64,000 nucleotides of DNA from the human T2T-CHM13v2.0 reference genome, Homo sapiens, in assembly GCF_009914755.1 (NCBI RefSeq), contig NC_060928.1; one strand, written 5' to 3'. Positions 39,711 through 52,700 of this stretch are shown in pieces. A program made the position numbers and the translations under genes. Positions within the stretch are counted from its first letter, which is position 1. Each line of letters begins with the position of its first letter. The notes beneath the pieces are model-generated. The model did no database searches. It worked only from the letters and a program-made list of their open reading frames with translations, and was not told the origin of the DNA.

Positions 39711-40034
39711 CATACTGTTTTATCTGTGCCGCATAAACCCCAAAATTATTAGTGCTTTTTAAATTCCCAGATGTATAATTTTTTCAGTTATCACCTCTTT
39801 TTTAGTTTCATATTTTATTGCAACTAAATTATGAGTTTTTTAAATTATATCATTTTGCTAGTTATTTTTTGAGACTTTGTTTTCAAACTTAAACACAGTA
39901 ACATTTTTCACTAGACCATGTGTGCTTGAAATGAATATATATTTACCGGCTATAAAGATGTGTTAGTTTGATTTTATAATTGCTACCCTAGGTTTTCTAT
40001 TGAATGATATTTGCCTGGAATGTATTTTTCTATA

Positions 40035-40980
40035 TATTTACTTAGAGAAATATACTGATCACATAATTTTATCAAACAGAGAACAGCCAAATGTAAAAAC
40101 TAATATTTGACCAAGACTGAGGCAAAGATGAAATATCACCATCAAATAACAAATGTGATAGTGTGATATTTCATCCCAAAATGATAATTTTATTGTAGTT
40201 TTGTTTAGCAGTCAAATTTGAGAAGTTTGACACTTTAATGTAGAAATAATTTCTTAGCACTGTTAGCTGCTTAGACTGCTCCTGCAGGCATAATACTGCA
40301 CACTTAGGATATTAAATAGATATCCACTTTCCATTGAAGCTAGTAGAAAAGTGAAAGTGTCTGATGCCAGGTAATTTCAGCTGTTGATGGTAATATTATC
40401 AAGTTATTTTCCCAAATTTCCCAAATTAAAAACATATCACTCATTGAAATCCAGACTTAGACAACGTGATGGCACAATATAATTTGTGCAATTACTCAGA
40501 GGCTTTGTGTACTCTTTGAATATGTTTCTGAATATTTAAAAATACATACTTAAGATCATTGCATATAAAATATATAGAGAGAGATGATCAATAGATAGAT
40601 TATAAAACTGACTCTGAATCTTTCTGACAAGAGAGAACCTTTGCAGGTGGACTTATAAAAAAAACCCTGAACTATAAAGGCAGAGAAATTTCAGCAGATA
40701 CCTACAACTAACCTATTTTTTATGCAAGCCACACTTCATTGTTAATAAGTTCTGTTAAGTTGGTATTAAAGAGTGCATTTCCCTCAAGCAGTCTTTTAGA
40801 TACGTAAAACCTGATATTTTATCTTGTTTGAAAAATCTCATATGAATATAAATCAAGAAAGAATGGCAGAATAATATTGAAGTGAACAGTCAACTATGTG
40901 TCCTTCCAAAGTCTGAGACAAAACCCAGTATCAAATAACAGGTTTTGAAAAAAAAATGTGGCAGCTAAAGCCGAACTTAA
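40035..40980 (+). mobile_element. Probable decayed hAT transposase fragment (C-terminal dimerisation region)
   Basis: 40852-40935 translates IKKEWQNNIEVNSQLCVLPKSETKPSIK, preceded by frameshifted 'YL.EKS' and 'KSAFP', resembling the hAT C-terminal pattern (K..P...YLCE..FS...K...RN.L...L...KP.I). Judged by eye only. Confidence 0.4.
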
Positions 40981-41594
40981 GTTCATCCTTCATTTTCAAC
41001 CCTTCTTCATCCTATATCATCAATCTGTATCTCTCGATAAATATATCACTGGACCTTATTTTTGATTTAACATGCAATATGGGAGTTGCTGTTTTTAGAT
41101 CATTGAGTTAATCTATATTGTATATTGTAATTATTGTTTTATTGGGATTTATTTCTGACATCTTATGTTTTCTATGTCCCTTTAGTTTTGGTTTCTATTT
41201 TTCCTCTTCAAAGATATATTTTTTGACTGACAGTTTAAATTATACATTTGATTTTATGTGATGTTATTGATAACTTTTTAATACTCATATTTGTGTTATT
41301 TGTCTCTCTTAGTTTGTTAAGCTATCTATTTTTTCAACAAAACAGATGTCTTTGCATACAATCATCTCATTATTCTTCCCCTCCCTTCATGCCTAGATAT
41401 GCCTTAAATTTTACCTCCTTCTTCTGTGACTCCTATACATGAACATTGACCCTTTCAAGTCTATCCTGTATACATTTTGTGATTACCATCTTTAATCCAC
41501 TCTAATGTTCCTATTCCTTCTGTGAAATTCCTCAACCAAACTCTCAAGTCACTAACTTCTTTGTTGGCTTTATCTATTTGTCTTAGTACTTTCT

Positions 41595-44500
41595 TAAAAA
41601 ATTAATGAGAAATTATGCACATAACATAAAATTTATCCTTTTAAGGTATACAACTTAATGGTTTTTTAGTATGTTCACAGTAGTGCAATCATTACCATAA
41701 TAAGTTTTTTAAAATTTTCATCATCCTCCCCAAAACACCCTGTATCCATTAGCAGTCACTCCCTGTTTCCTTCCAACTTCATCAGATCTAGGCAACCCTG
41801 ATGTATTTTCTGCTTTTATAGATTTACCTATACTGGCATTTTATGTAAGTAGAATCATGCAAAATGTGGTCTTTTGTGCCTGGTTTCTTTCATTGGAATA
41901 ATGTTTTCAAGGTCCATCCATGTTGTAATATACATCAGCACTTCATTTTTTGTTGCCAATAATATCCCTTTTTATGGGTATTCCACATTTTTAATCCATT
42001 CATAAGTTGATCAACATCTGTGTTGTTTCTAATAGTACTGCTATTAATATTCATATACAAACTTTTGTTTGGGCTTGTGTTTTCATTTGTCTTGTAGACA
42101 AGAATATACCCCTAGGTATAGAACTGCTGAGTTATATGCACACTCCATGTTTAACCATGTTTGAATAGTCTGTCAAACTGTTTTCCAAAGTGGCTGTACC
42201 ATTTTTCATTCCGACCAGCTAAATATGGAGGTTTCAATTCCTTCACATCCTCACCAACGATTATTATCTTTTCTTTCTCTTCTTTTATTTTTATTTTATT
42301 TCATTTTCTGTGGGTATACAGTAGATGTATAGATTTATGGAGTACGTGAGATATTTTGGTATAGACATGCAATGTATAATAACCACATCATGGAAAATGG
42401 AGTATCCATCTTCTCAAGTATTTCTCTTTTGTGTTACAAACAATCCAATTATACTCTTATACTTGTTTGAAAATGTAAAATTAAATTATTATTGACTATA
42501 GTCCTCTTGTGCTATCAAATATTAGGTTTTATTCATTCTATTTTTTGTACCCATTAACATTCCTCACCTCCCCCTGAACCCCCCTCACTACTCTTCCCAG
42601 CCTCTGGTAACCATCCTTCTATTCCCTATATTGATAAATTCAATTGTTCTGATTTTTAGCTCCCAGAAATAAATGAGAACATGTGATGCTCATATTCCTG
42701 TGCTATTTTATCTAACAAAATGACCCCAAGTTGCAAACACATTGTTGTAAGTGACAGAATTTCATTTTCGCTATGGCTGACAAGTATTCCATTGTGTATA
42801 TGTACATTTTTTAATCCTTTCATCTGTTGATGGACACTTAGGTTCCTTCCAAATCTTAGCTATTGTGAACAGTGCTACAACAAACCTGGGAGTGCAGATA
42901 TCTCTTTGACATACTGATTTCCTTTCTTTTGGGTATATACTCAGCACTAGGGTTGCTGGATCATATGGTAGCTCGATTTTTAGTTTTTGAGGAACTTCTA
43001 AACTGTTTTCCATAGTGGTTGTACTAATTTACATTCTCACCAACAGTGTCTGAGGGTTCCCTTTTCTCCACATCCTCACCAGCATTTGTTATTGCCTGTC
43101 TTTGGTTTATAAGTTATTTTAACTGTGCTAAGATGATATCTCTTTGTAGATTTGATTTGTAATTCTCTGATAATCAATGATATCGAGCATGGTTTCATAT
43201 GCCTCTTTGCCATTTGTATGTCTCCTTTAGAGAAATGTCTATTCAGATCTTGTGCCCATTTTAACATTTGGATTACTAGATTATTTTTCCTATAGAGTTG
43301 TTTGAGCTCCTTATATATTCTGGTTATTAATCTCATATCAGACGGGTAGTTTGCAAATATTTTCTCCCATTCTGTGGGTTATCTCATTACTTTGCTGACT
43401 GCTTCCTTTGCTGTGAAGAAGATTTCTAACTTGTGATCTCATTTGTCCTTTTTTACTTTGCTTGCCTATGCTTTTGGGGTATTACTCAAGAAATGTTTGC
43501 CCAGACCAATGTCCTGGAGAGTTTCCCCCATGTTTTCTTGAAGCAGTTTCATAGTTTGAGGTCTTAGATGTAAGCCTTTAATCCATTTGGATTTGATTTT
43601 TGTATAAGGTGAGAGATAGGGGTCTAGTTTCATTCTTTTGTATATGGATATCCAGTTTTCCCTTTCCTGGAAAAATTTATTGAAGAGACTGTCTTTTCTT
43701 AATGTATGTTCTCAGCACCTTTGTCAAAAATGAGTTCACTGTAGGTGTGCAGATTTATTTTTGGGTTCTCTATTCTGTTCCATTGGTCTATGTGTCTGTT
43801 TTAATGACTTTTTATTATGACATCTATCTTGTTACGTATTGGTCTGTTCAGGTTTTATATTTCTTTATGGTTCTATCTTGGCAGGTTCTATGAATCTAGG
43901 AATTCATTCATGTCCTCTAGATTTTCCAATTTATTGGCATATATTTGCTCATAATAGCCACAAATAATCCTTTGAATTTCTGTGGTATCAGTGTAATGTC
44001 TCCTTTTTAATCTATGATTTTATTTAGTTGGATCTTCTTTTTTTCTTTGTTAGTCTAGCTAAATGTCTGTCAGTTTTATCTTTTCAAAAGACAATTTTTT
44101 GTTCATTGATCTTTTGTATTATTTTCTTCATTTCAAATTCATTTATTTCTCTCTGATCTTTGTTATTTATTTTCTTCTACTAATTTTTACTTTAATTTGC
44201 TCTTGCTTTTCCAGTTCTTTAAGATGCATCATTGGGTTATTTATTTGAAGTTTTTCTTGTTTTTTGATGTAGGCAGTTAGAGCTATAAATTTCCCTCTTA
44301 GTAATGCTTTTGCTGTATCCCATAGGTTTAGATATTTTGTGTTTCCATTATTTGTTTCAAGAAATTTATCAATTTCCTTCTCAATTTCTTTATTTATCCA
44401 CTGGTCTTTCAGGAGAATGTTGTTTATTTTCCATGTGTTTGTATAGTTTCCGACATTTCTCCTGTTATTGATTTCTAGTTTTATTCATTGTGGTCAGAGA

Positions 44501-47500
44501 AGATGCTTGATATTATTTCAATTTTTTAAATGTTTTAAGACTTGTTTTGTGACCCAACATATAGACTATTCTTGAAAACGATTATGTGCTGAGAAGAAAA
44601 ATGTGTGTTCTGCAGCCATTGGGTAAAATGTTCTGTAAATATCTATTAGATTCATTTGTTCTATAGTGCAGAGTAAGTCAAATGTTTCTTTGTTTATTTT
44701 CTGTCTGAGAGATCTGTCTGATGCTAAAGTGGGGTGTTAAAGTCTCCAGCTAGTATTGTATTGGGATTTCCCTCTCTCTTTAGCTCTAGTGATATTTGCT
44801 TTATATATCTGGGTGTTCCATTGTTGAGTGCATATATATTTATAACCATCATATCCTCTTGCTGAATTGACCCCTTTATCATTATATAATGACCTTCTTT
44901 TTATCTTCTGACAGTTTTTGCCTTGAAATCTATTTTATCTGACATAAGTATAGCAAATCTGCTCTTTTTTGGTTTCTACTTAGATGGAATATCTATTTCT
45001 AGCCCTTTATTTTCAGTTTACATATGTATTTATAGGTGAAGTGTGTTTCTTTTAGGCAACAGATCGTTGGTTCTTATTTTTTCATCCATTCAGCCACTCT
45101 ATGTCTTTTGATCTTTTGATTGAAGAGTTTAGTGTATTTACATTCAATGTTATTATTAATAAGTAAGTACTTACTCCTACCATTTTGTTATCTTCTTTCC
45201 AGTTGTTTTGCAGTATTCTCCTCCTTCTTTCCTTCTTTCTTGTCTTCCTTTTAGTGAAGGTGATTTTCCCTGGTAGTATGCTTTAATTTCTTGCTTTTTA
45301 TTTTTTGTATATCCATTTTATGTTTTTTGATTTGAGGTTACCATGAAGCTTGCCAATACTGTTTTATAACTCATTATTTTAAGCTGATGACACTTAATAC
45401 TCTTTGCATAAACAAAACAAAGAAACAAACAAAAAGAAAGAAAAATAATGAAAACTCTTCACTTTAACTTCATCCCCCCTGCTATTTCACTTTTTTTTGT
45501 TCCTCTTTATGTCTTATTGTACTGTCTATGTTTTGAAAAGTTGTTATATTTATTATTTTTAATTGGTTAATCACTTAGTCTTTCTTCTTAAGTCAATACA
45601 AGTTTATACACTACAATTACAGTGTTTTCATATTCTGTGTTTTTCTGTGTGCTTACTATTATCAGTAAATTCTGTACCTTCAGATGATATCTTCTTGCTC
45701 ATGAACACCGTTTTCTTTCAGAATGAACAACTCCCTTCAGCATTTCTTGTAGAACACATCTGGTGTAGATGAAATCCCTCAGTTTTTGTTGGTCTGCGAA
45801 GCTCTTTATTTCACCTTCATGTTTGATGGATATTTTCACTGGATATACTATTGTAGGCTAAACAATTTTTCTTGTAGCACTTTAAATATGTCATGCCATT
45901 CTCTTCTGGCCTATAAGGTTTCCACTGAAAAGTCTGCGGCCGGATGTATTGGAGCTCCATTGCATGTTATTTGTTTATTTTTCTTGCTGCTCTTAAGATC
46001 CTTTGTCTATTCTTGACTTTTAGGAGGTTGTTGATTATACACTTTGAGGTAGTCTTCTTTGGGTTAAATCTGCTTTGTGTTCTATGACCTTCATGTACTT
46101 GAATGTTGATATCTTTCTCTAGGTTTGGAAGTTCTCTGATATTATTGTTTTGAATAAACTTCCTATCTCTATCTCCTTCTTTACCTCCTCCTTAAGGCCA
46201 AAAACTCTTAGAATTGCCCTTTAATGCCACTTTCTAGATCTTGCAGGTGTGCTTCATTTTTTAAAATTCTTTCTTATTTTGTCTCTTCTTACTGTATTTT
46301 CAAATAGATTGTCTTCAAGCTCACAAATTCTTCTACTTGATCAATTTTTTTCTATTAAGAGACCCTGATGCATTCTTCAGTATGTCATTTGCATTTTTCA
46401 ACACTAGAATTTCTGCTTGATTCTTTGTAATTATTAAAATCTCCTCGTTAAATTTATCTGATAGAATTCTGAATTCCTTCTCTGTATTATCTTGAATTTC
46501 TTTGAGTTTCCCCAAAATGGCTATTTTAAATTCTCTGTCTTGTTTCTCCGGAAATGGTCCCTGGTGCCTTATTTAGTTCATTTGGTAAGGTCACGTTTTC
46601 CTGGATACTGTTGATGCTAGTAGATGTTCTTTTCTCTCTTGGCATTGAAGAGTGTGTTATTTATTATAGTCTTCAAAGTCTGGGTTCATTTGTGCCTGTT
46701 CTTGGGAAAGCTCTCCAGGTATTCAAAGGGACTTGGGCTCCAAGCACTATAATGCTTGGTTTTTGTGGACTCATAAAGGTACTTCCTTGGTGATCTTGGA
46801 TAAGATCCAGGAAAATTCTCTAGATTATCAGACAGAGACTCTTGTTCTTTTCTCTTACTTTATCCCATGCATACAGAATTTCTCTCTCTGTTCTGAAGCA
46901 TCTGGGACTGGAGATGTGGTGATGCAAGTACCTTTGTGGCCACCACCACTGGGACTGCACTGGGTCAGACCTGAAGCTAGCATGGCACTGGTCCTTCCCT
47001 TCAGGGTGGTAAATTTCCCTAGACCCTGTGCATGTCCAGAAATGCTGTCCAGGAGCCTAAGCCTGGACTCAATTTCTCCAAGAGGCTGCTTGTTGCTCTA
47101 TCCCACTGTAGCCAAGCTGGTACCTGATTTTTGGTTCTTGTGATGGTGCTTTTCTGTGTGAAGATAGTTGTTAAAATTTGGTGTTCCAGTGGGAATGGAG
47201 GTGGTGGAAAACAAATAATGCAGGCTTCTATTCTGCCATCTTGCTCTGCCCTCTTATTTTCTATTATAGCCATCCTAATGTGTGTGCAGTGGTATCTCTT
47301 TATGGTTTTAATTTACATTTTCCTTATATCTACAGATGTTGAGAATTTTATGTGCTTATTGGCCATGTGTACATATATCGTCTTTGAAAATATGTCTGTT
47401 CAGATGCTCTCCCCATTTTGTTTTCATTATTGTCTTTGTCTTTCATTATTGAGTTTTAAGTTCTTTATATAGTCAGTCTATCACATATGTGATTTAATAA

Positions 47501-47570
47501 TTAGACATATGTTTTGTAAAAATTGCCTCCATCTTCTGAGTTGTCTTTTCAATGTTTTGATGGATGTTGT
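41595..47570 (-). mobile_element. L1MB-like 3' fragment, split (41595-42280 and 47252-47570) by an L1MA
   Basis: L1MB 3'UTR 'tccattagcagtcactcc', 'ggcaacc...gatttacctat'. Sequence resumes in register at 'ttatagccatcctaatgtgtgtgcagtggtatctc'. Confidence 0.75.
42282..47250 (-). mobile_element. L1MA2/3-like element with both termini and an internal ORF2 deletion
   Basis: 3'UTR 'tgtgttacaaacaatccaattatac'; ORF2 and ORF1 fragments ('KEIQDNTEKEFRILSDKFN'); 5' terminus (antisense) GGGCAGAGCAAGATGGCAGAATAGAAG with YY1-type core. TSD candidate CTCTTCTTTT (42277) / CTCTTATTTT (47251). Confidence 0.88.
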
Positions 47571-48844
47571 ACTTTTAACATAATAAATAAATAAGTATTG
47601 GATAAATACATTAAATCATTAATTCTTCTAATTATTTCTGTCAGTCAGTTCAATTTTTATTTATAAACAAATTTTCCTGGAAACTTACATTCCTCTGAGT
47701 GCATCAGCTTCATTGGTTGGTCATTAGTTACTTAGGGGAATAGTCAGTCACAGCACAGAGATTTTTGCCCCTATGACAATTTAGGGGAAATATGTGGGAC
47801 ACAACTCGAGGAAGAGAGTCTTTGTTATTACCAGCTATTCACCCACCTCTGGTGCACTCTCTTCCCATACTCCACCCTCACAAAGTTGCTCTGTCTCAAA
47901 CAAAAATTCCCATAACTTGACCCATATGATGTTTTTTTAGATTATATTTTAATTTTAAAATCAACATCAAAACTTTCCCTTGAATTGATATTTTCTCAGT
48001 ATATCTTTTTTGATCCCTGGCTCTGTACTTTGCCCTGAGCTGCTTCTCTCAGTTAGAATTACTTAGATAAAGAATAGGGAGAAGAAAATTCTCAGGGGCT
48101 AGCCCACTTATTTGCTGTAAATATAATCAGCTCAGCTAGACTTCCACATTGTAATGATGTCACCCTGTTACCTCTGGCTGGTTCTGCTTTGGTACCACCA
48201 GTTTTTATGTGCACAATAGTGCATATACAAGCAACTGTCCCTTCAGGGTTAAGTAGGGGAGAGAAAAAGGCACAACTATAAAGCCGCTCACCCAGTATGT
48301 GACATCTAATTCTCTGCTGACCTCAACTCCCAGTGTCTCCATTGCAGACAGAGTCCCAAATATTTTCTCTCTTCCTAGGAGTTTATTACCATTTGTCTTA
48401 GGTCACAAAATACATCAGTGTCTTTTCTTTGTCCAGTTTTAGGTTTGAGGAGTAAACCAGCAGCCATGGAAATTCATCTTGTTAGGGCTCAGAAGAATTT
48501 TTTTTTCTTTTTAACTATTTGTTACTGGAAATTTCATCATATTTGAAAGATTCTTACCCCGTGTCACTGAGTATCCTTGTCACTGTCCCTAAAGGCTTAC
48601 TAACATTTAACTAGCATCTAGAAATAACCTTTAAAATACTATTTACAATGATATCTCCAAGGATTCACAAAAAACTTACAACATAAAATGCTTTTATTAA
48701 TAATGTAAGAAAGAGTAAGTGTGGAAAAGAAGGGTTTGGGGAAAAAGTATATAGAGAAAGACGTCTTTTATCATAAATACATTGTAAATAGAATATTTTT
48801 AAAATATTGATTTTGGCAAATGCCTATGGTTTTTCTCACCTCTT

Positions 48845-49152
48845 GTTTTATTTTATTTTTTTCTTTAGAGATAAGCTATCACTCTGTTGCCCAAGCTGGA
48901 GTGCAAGTAGCATCACAGCTCATTGTAACCTCGAACTCATGGGCTCAAGAGATCCTCTTGCCTCAGACTCCTGATTAGCTGGAACTACAGGCACACACCA
49001 CCATGTCCAGCTAATGTTTTAAATTTTTGTAGAGACAAAAATTTTTAAAGTTTTGTTGCCCAGGTTTGTGTTGAACTCCTGGCCTCAAGCGATGCTCCTG
49101 CCCTGGCATCCTAAAGCTCTGGAGTTACAGACATAAACCACAATGACCGGCC
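48845..49152 (-). mobile_element. AluJ
   Basis: Antisense dimer with 'tgggctcaagagatcctc' and 'ctggcctcaagcgat', ending 'ccggcc'. Confidence 0.9.
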
Positions 49153-49737
49153 ATGGATAGAACCTTAACTAAAGGTCATATTTCAGGTACAAAGAAAAAA
49201 AATTGGGGAAGTAAGGACAATAGGAGCTTAAGAGAATTTTAGGCAGGATACCCTTCCAATGTCCCTCGAATGTTGAATGTTGCTTACGTACTTATCTAGA
49301 ATTGTAGCTGTGTTATTGGAATTAGACCAAGTTAGATAATTGTCACATACAAGATAAAGTTGTTTTCCAGTTTTTCTCCTACAGCTGTTTCAAGAATCCT
49401 TCAGTCTATAAAAAATGTTTCAATTGAAGAGTAGTATTTTTCTCATCCAACTTACAAGTAGTATATATGTACGAATTTAATGCTTTTTGTTTTTCATTCT
49501 AAAAAAGTCTCCAGAAAAATCAATCCATTTCAGAATGTTTTCTTTTCTTTCAATGGCATACAATGTGCTTTTCAAGAAATGTTGATGCAATTAATATTGA
49601 TATAATAAAATTTTTTTTTATCATATTCAAGACAATAGAAGAAGACTTTGCCAGTAAAAATTTCAGTCTGTCTCCTACTAACAGTAGATGATAAATGAGT
49701 TTCAGGGTTGTGATTGCATATTGGTAAAACAAACCTA

Positions 49738-52700
49738 GAGAGGGAGTGACTTCACTAAGATGGTAGAATAGAAGGTAACCTGCTCATATCCCCCAACAAC
49801 AAGAATTCTGCACCCATCCACAGTCAAGAGTCTCTCTACAGGAGCTTCAGGATTCAAATAGAAGTTTGTAAAGCCCCATGGAGCCCAAAACCTTGGAGGA
49901 TCATTTTGAAAGTGCAGACTCTTATCCAAGTGGCTGAACTGCCAAGCTTGCTCCTGGGTTCAAATGTTGAAATGTCGCAGTCCCCCAAAGGGCTTGGTTA
50001 TAGCCCTGACTGGCCTAGAGCATGCAATCAAAGCCATCTGCCAAGGGGTCCAGAAGGAATTGCATACTCTGGTGCCTTGGCAGAAAGGCTTGTCTGCCTT
50101 CAGCTATGAACCTGAAAGTTGTCCTGTGTCTCAGCTCCAGTCACTCTCAGTTGCTCCCCTAGCTCAGAGCTACTCACGCAAGAATTCAGAGGGAGACTCA
50201 CCCATATCTTGTAGCCCAGGAGTCTGAGCCTCCCTGATGGGCTCACCAACCTCCATCCCACAGCAGATCCCAAGAGGACCTAGTCTCAGCTCCAGGTCCT
50301 CCCATTGTAGTGAGGGAACTATCCCTCTTTGCAGAGGCTTTCTGGGAGACACAATTTCCTCTGAGGCAATAAGACTGCACTCTTCAGCCTCTGTCCCACA
50401 GCAAATCCCAAGGTGGGGCCAGTTTCAGCTCTAGTCCATCATGATATAGTCAGGAAACTATCTCATCTATGCTGTGAGAACTTCTGGGAGATGTGATTCT
50501 GTCTGAGCCCATAAGAAGGAAGCTCCAGCTTCTATCTCACAACAGATCCTGAAGGGGTTCACATGCAGCTTCAGCCCCTTCTGCTATAGTTGGGGAACTC
50601 TCTCATCTGTGTAGGGTCCTCTTAGGAGACACATGCCTTCCAAGCCAATGAGACCAGGCTGTATCCCACAGTAGATCCTGAAGGGGCCCAGTCTCAGTTC
50701 CAGCCCCTTCTACCACAATGAGGGAACTATCCTATCTGTGAAAGAGCTTGTTGGGCAGCATGCACCCTTATGAGCTAAAACTAGGATCTCCAAACTCTTC
50801 CTACAGCAGATTCCAAGAGTGCTGAGTCTCAGCTCTGTTCCCTCCTACTATAGTTAAGGAACAATCCCACCTGTGCAGAAACCTTCTGGGAGATGCACAC
50901 CCATCTGAGCCAATGTGGTACACATGCCAGCCTGCATCACACAGCACATCTCAAGGGGACCCAGTCTCAGCTCTGGCTTTTTCCATTGCAGATGGAGAAC
51001 TATAATATCTGGGCAGGAACTTGCTTAACGATGCACACACCTCAGAGTCATGACCAGGCTCTCCAGCCTCTGTCCTAAGCATACCCCAAGGAGGTGTTAC
51101 TCAGCTTTAGGCCCTCCTGCTGAAATCAGGAACCTATCCTGTCTTCCTAGGACTTGCTAAGAGACACATGCTCCTCTGAGCCAACAAGACCAGTCACTCT
51201 AGCTTTTGTCACACAGAAGATTCTGAGGGGGCTCAGTCTCAACTTCAGACTTTCTGCTACAGCTGGGGGACTATTTCATCTGTGCAGTGATCTTCTGGAA
51301 GATGCACCCCCATCTTATCCAACAAGACAATCTCACCAGCCTCCTTCTCACAGTAGATCCCAAAGAGTCATAGTCTCAACTTTGTCTCTTCTTGCTACAG
51401 TTGGGAACCCATTCCACTTGTGCAATGACATGCTGGGAAATATGCCCATCCGAGCCACTAGGACAGTCTTCTGGACTTAGGTCTCTGGCCAGCATGTCCA
51501 CACAGTCCCAGTAACCTACTTGGGTCTTCCCCAGATCCTATCTGGGCTGGAAAGCTACATCAACCTCACAGTCTTGCAAGACATGCAGCAAGCCTGGACT
51601 TAGAGCATCCTCTAGTGCTGACACAGCTGTAGTGGTCACAGGTTCAGCGAAGATTATGGTCAGTCTGCTTAGAATCCCTGGAAGGCCTTCTAAGAATAAT
51701 CACAAAGTCAGAATTCAAAGGCTAAAATTAATACCTAATCCCTGATTCACATACATTGTCACATGTCCACAGTCATAAAGAACATTAGGAAAATATAAAC
51801 TTATCAAATGGACAAAATAAGGTACCAGAGACTGACCCTGAAGTGATGGAGATAAATAGCCATTTTAAGGAAGCTCAACAAATGTAAATAAAACACAGAG
51901 AAACAATTCAATATTTTATTAGAGAAATTTAACAGCTAGACTTAAATAATTTTTAAAAAATCAAACTGAAATCCTGGAGGTGAAAAATACCATCAATGAA
52001 ATAAAAAATGCAATGAAGCACATCAAAGACAGAATTTATCAAATAGCAGAAAGAATCAGTGAGCTCAAAGACAGGCTATTTAAGAATATAGAGTTAGAGG
52101 AGATACAGGAAAAAAGAATGAAAGTGAATGAAGTAATCTTGTAGAGTCTATAGGACAACATCAAAAAAGCAAGTATTCAGGTCATTGGTGTTAAAGAGGA
52201 AACTGAGAAAGTCAGAGAAATAGATTATTCAAAGGGATAATAACAAAAAACTTTCCAAAACTGGAAGCAGATGTAATATCCAGGTACAGGAATGTCAAAG
52301 GTCACCAAGCAGATTCAACCTAAATAAGAATACCCCAAGACATATTATAATCAAAGGTTCAAAGGTCAAAGACAAAAACAAGATCCTGAAAGCAGCAATA
52401 GAAAAGATGCAAATAACATATAAGGGAGATCCAAAATGCCTAGCAGCATACTTCTTAATAGAAACCTTACAAGCTAGAAAGGAGTAGGACGATGTATTCA
52501 GAATGCTGAAGAAAATAAAAAAACAAAAAAAACTGTCAACAAAGAATATTGTACTCAGCAAAGCTGTCCTTCAGAAATGAAGGAAAGATAAATATTTCCC
52601 CAGACAAACAAAATCATGAGGGAATTGATAACTGCCAGACCTGTCCTACAAGAAATGCTAAAAGGAGTTCTTTAAAACAAAAAAGTTTTAAAAAAGAATG

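Larger units (their letters stand above)
36900..41590 (-). mobile_element. Fragmented very old L1 (L1M/L1ME-like) ORF2/ORF1 region hosting several later insertions
   Basis: Antisense ORF2 motifs 'ataatcatatcatctgaag' (FSDDMII), 'ttcttatcttgtccctaatctt', 'gaaataaattctacttggtcatgat', 'tttgcctggaatgtatttttc', interleaved with other elements. Confidence 0.55.

Noticed and set aside
50250-51470. CRISPR-like repeat array
   Set aside because: Whole ~137-bp units are homologous with no unique spacers, there are no cas genes, and the array sits in a mammalian L1 5'UTR.
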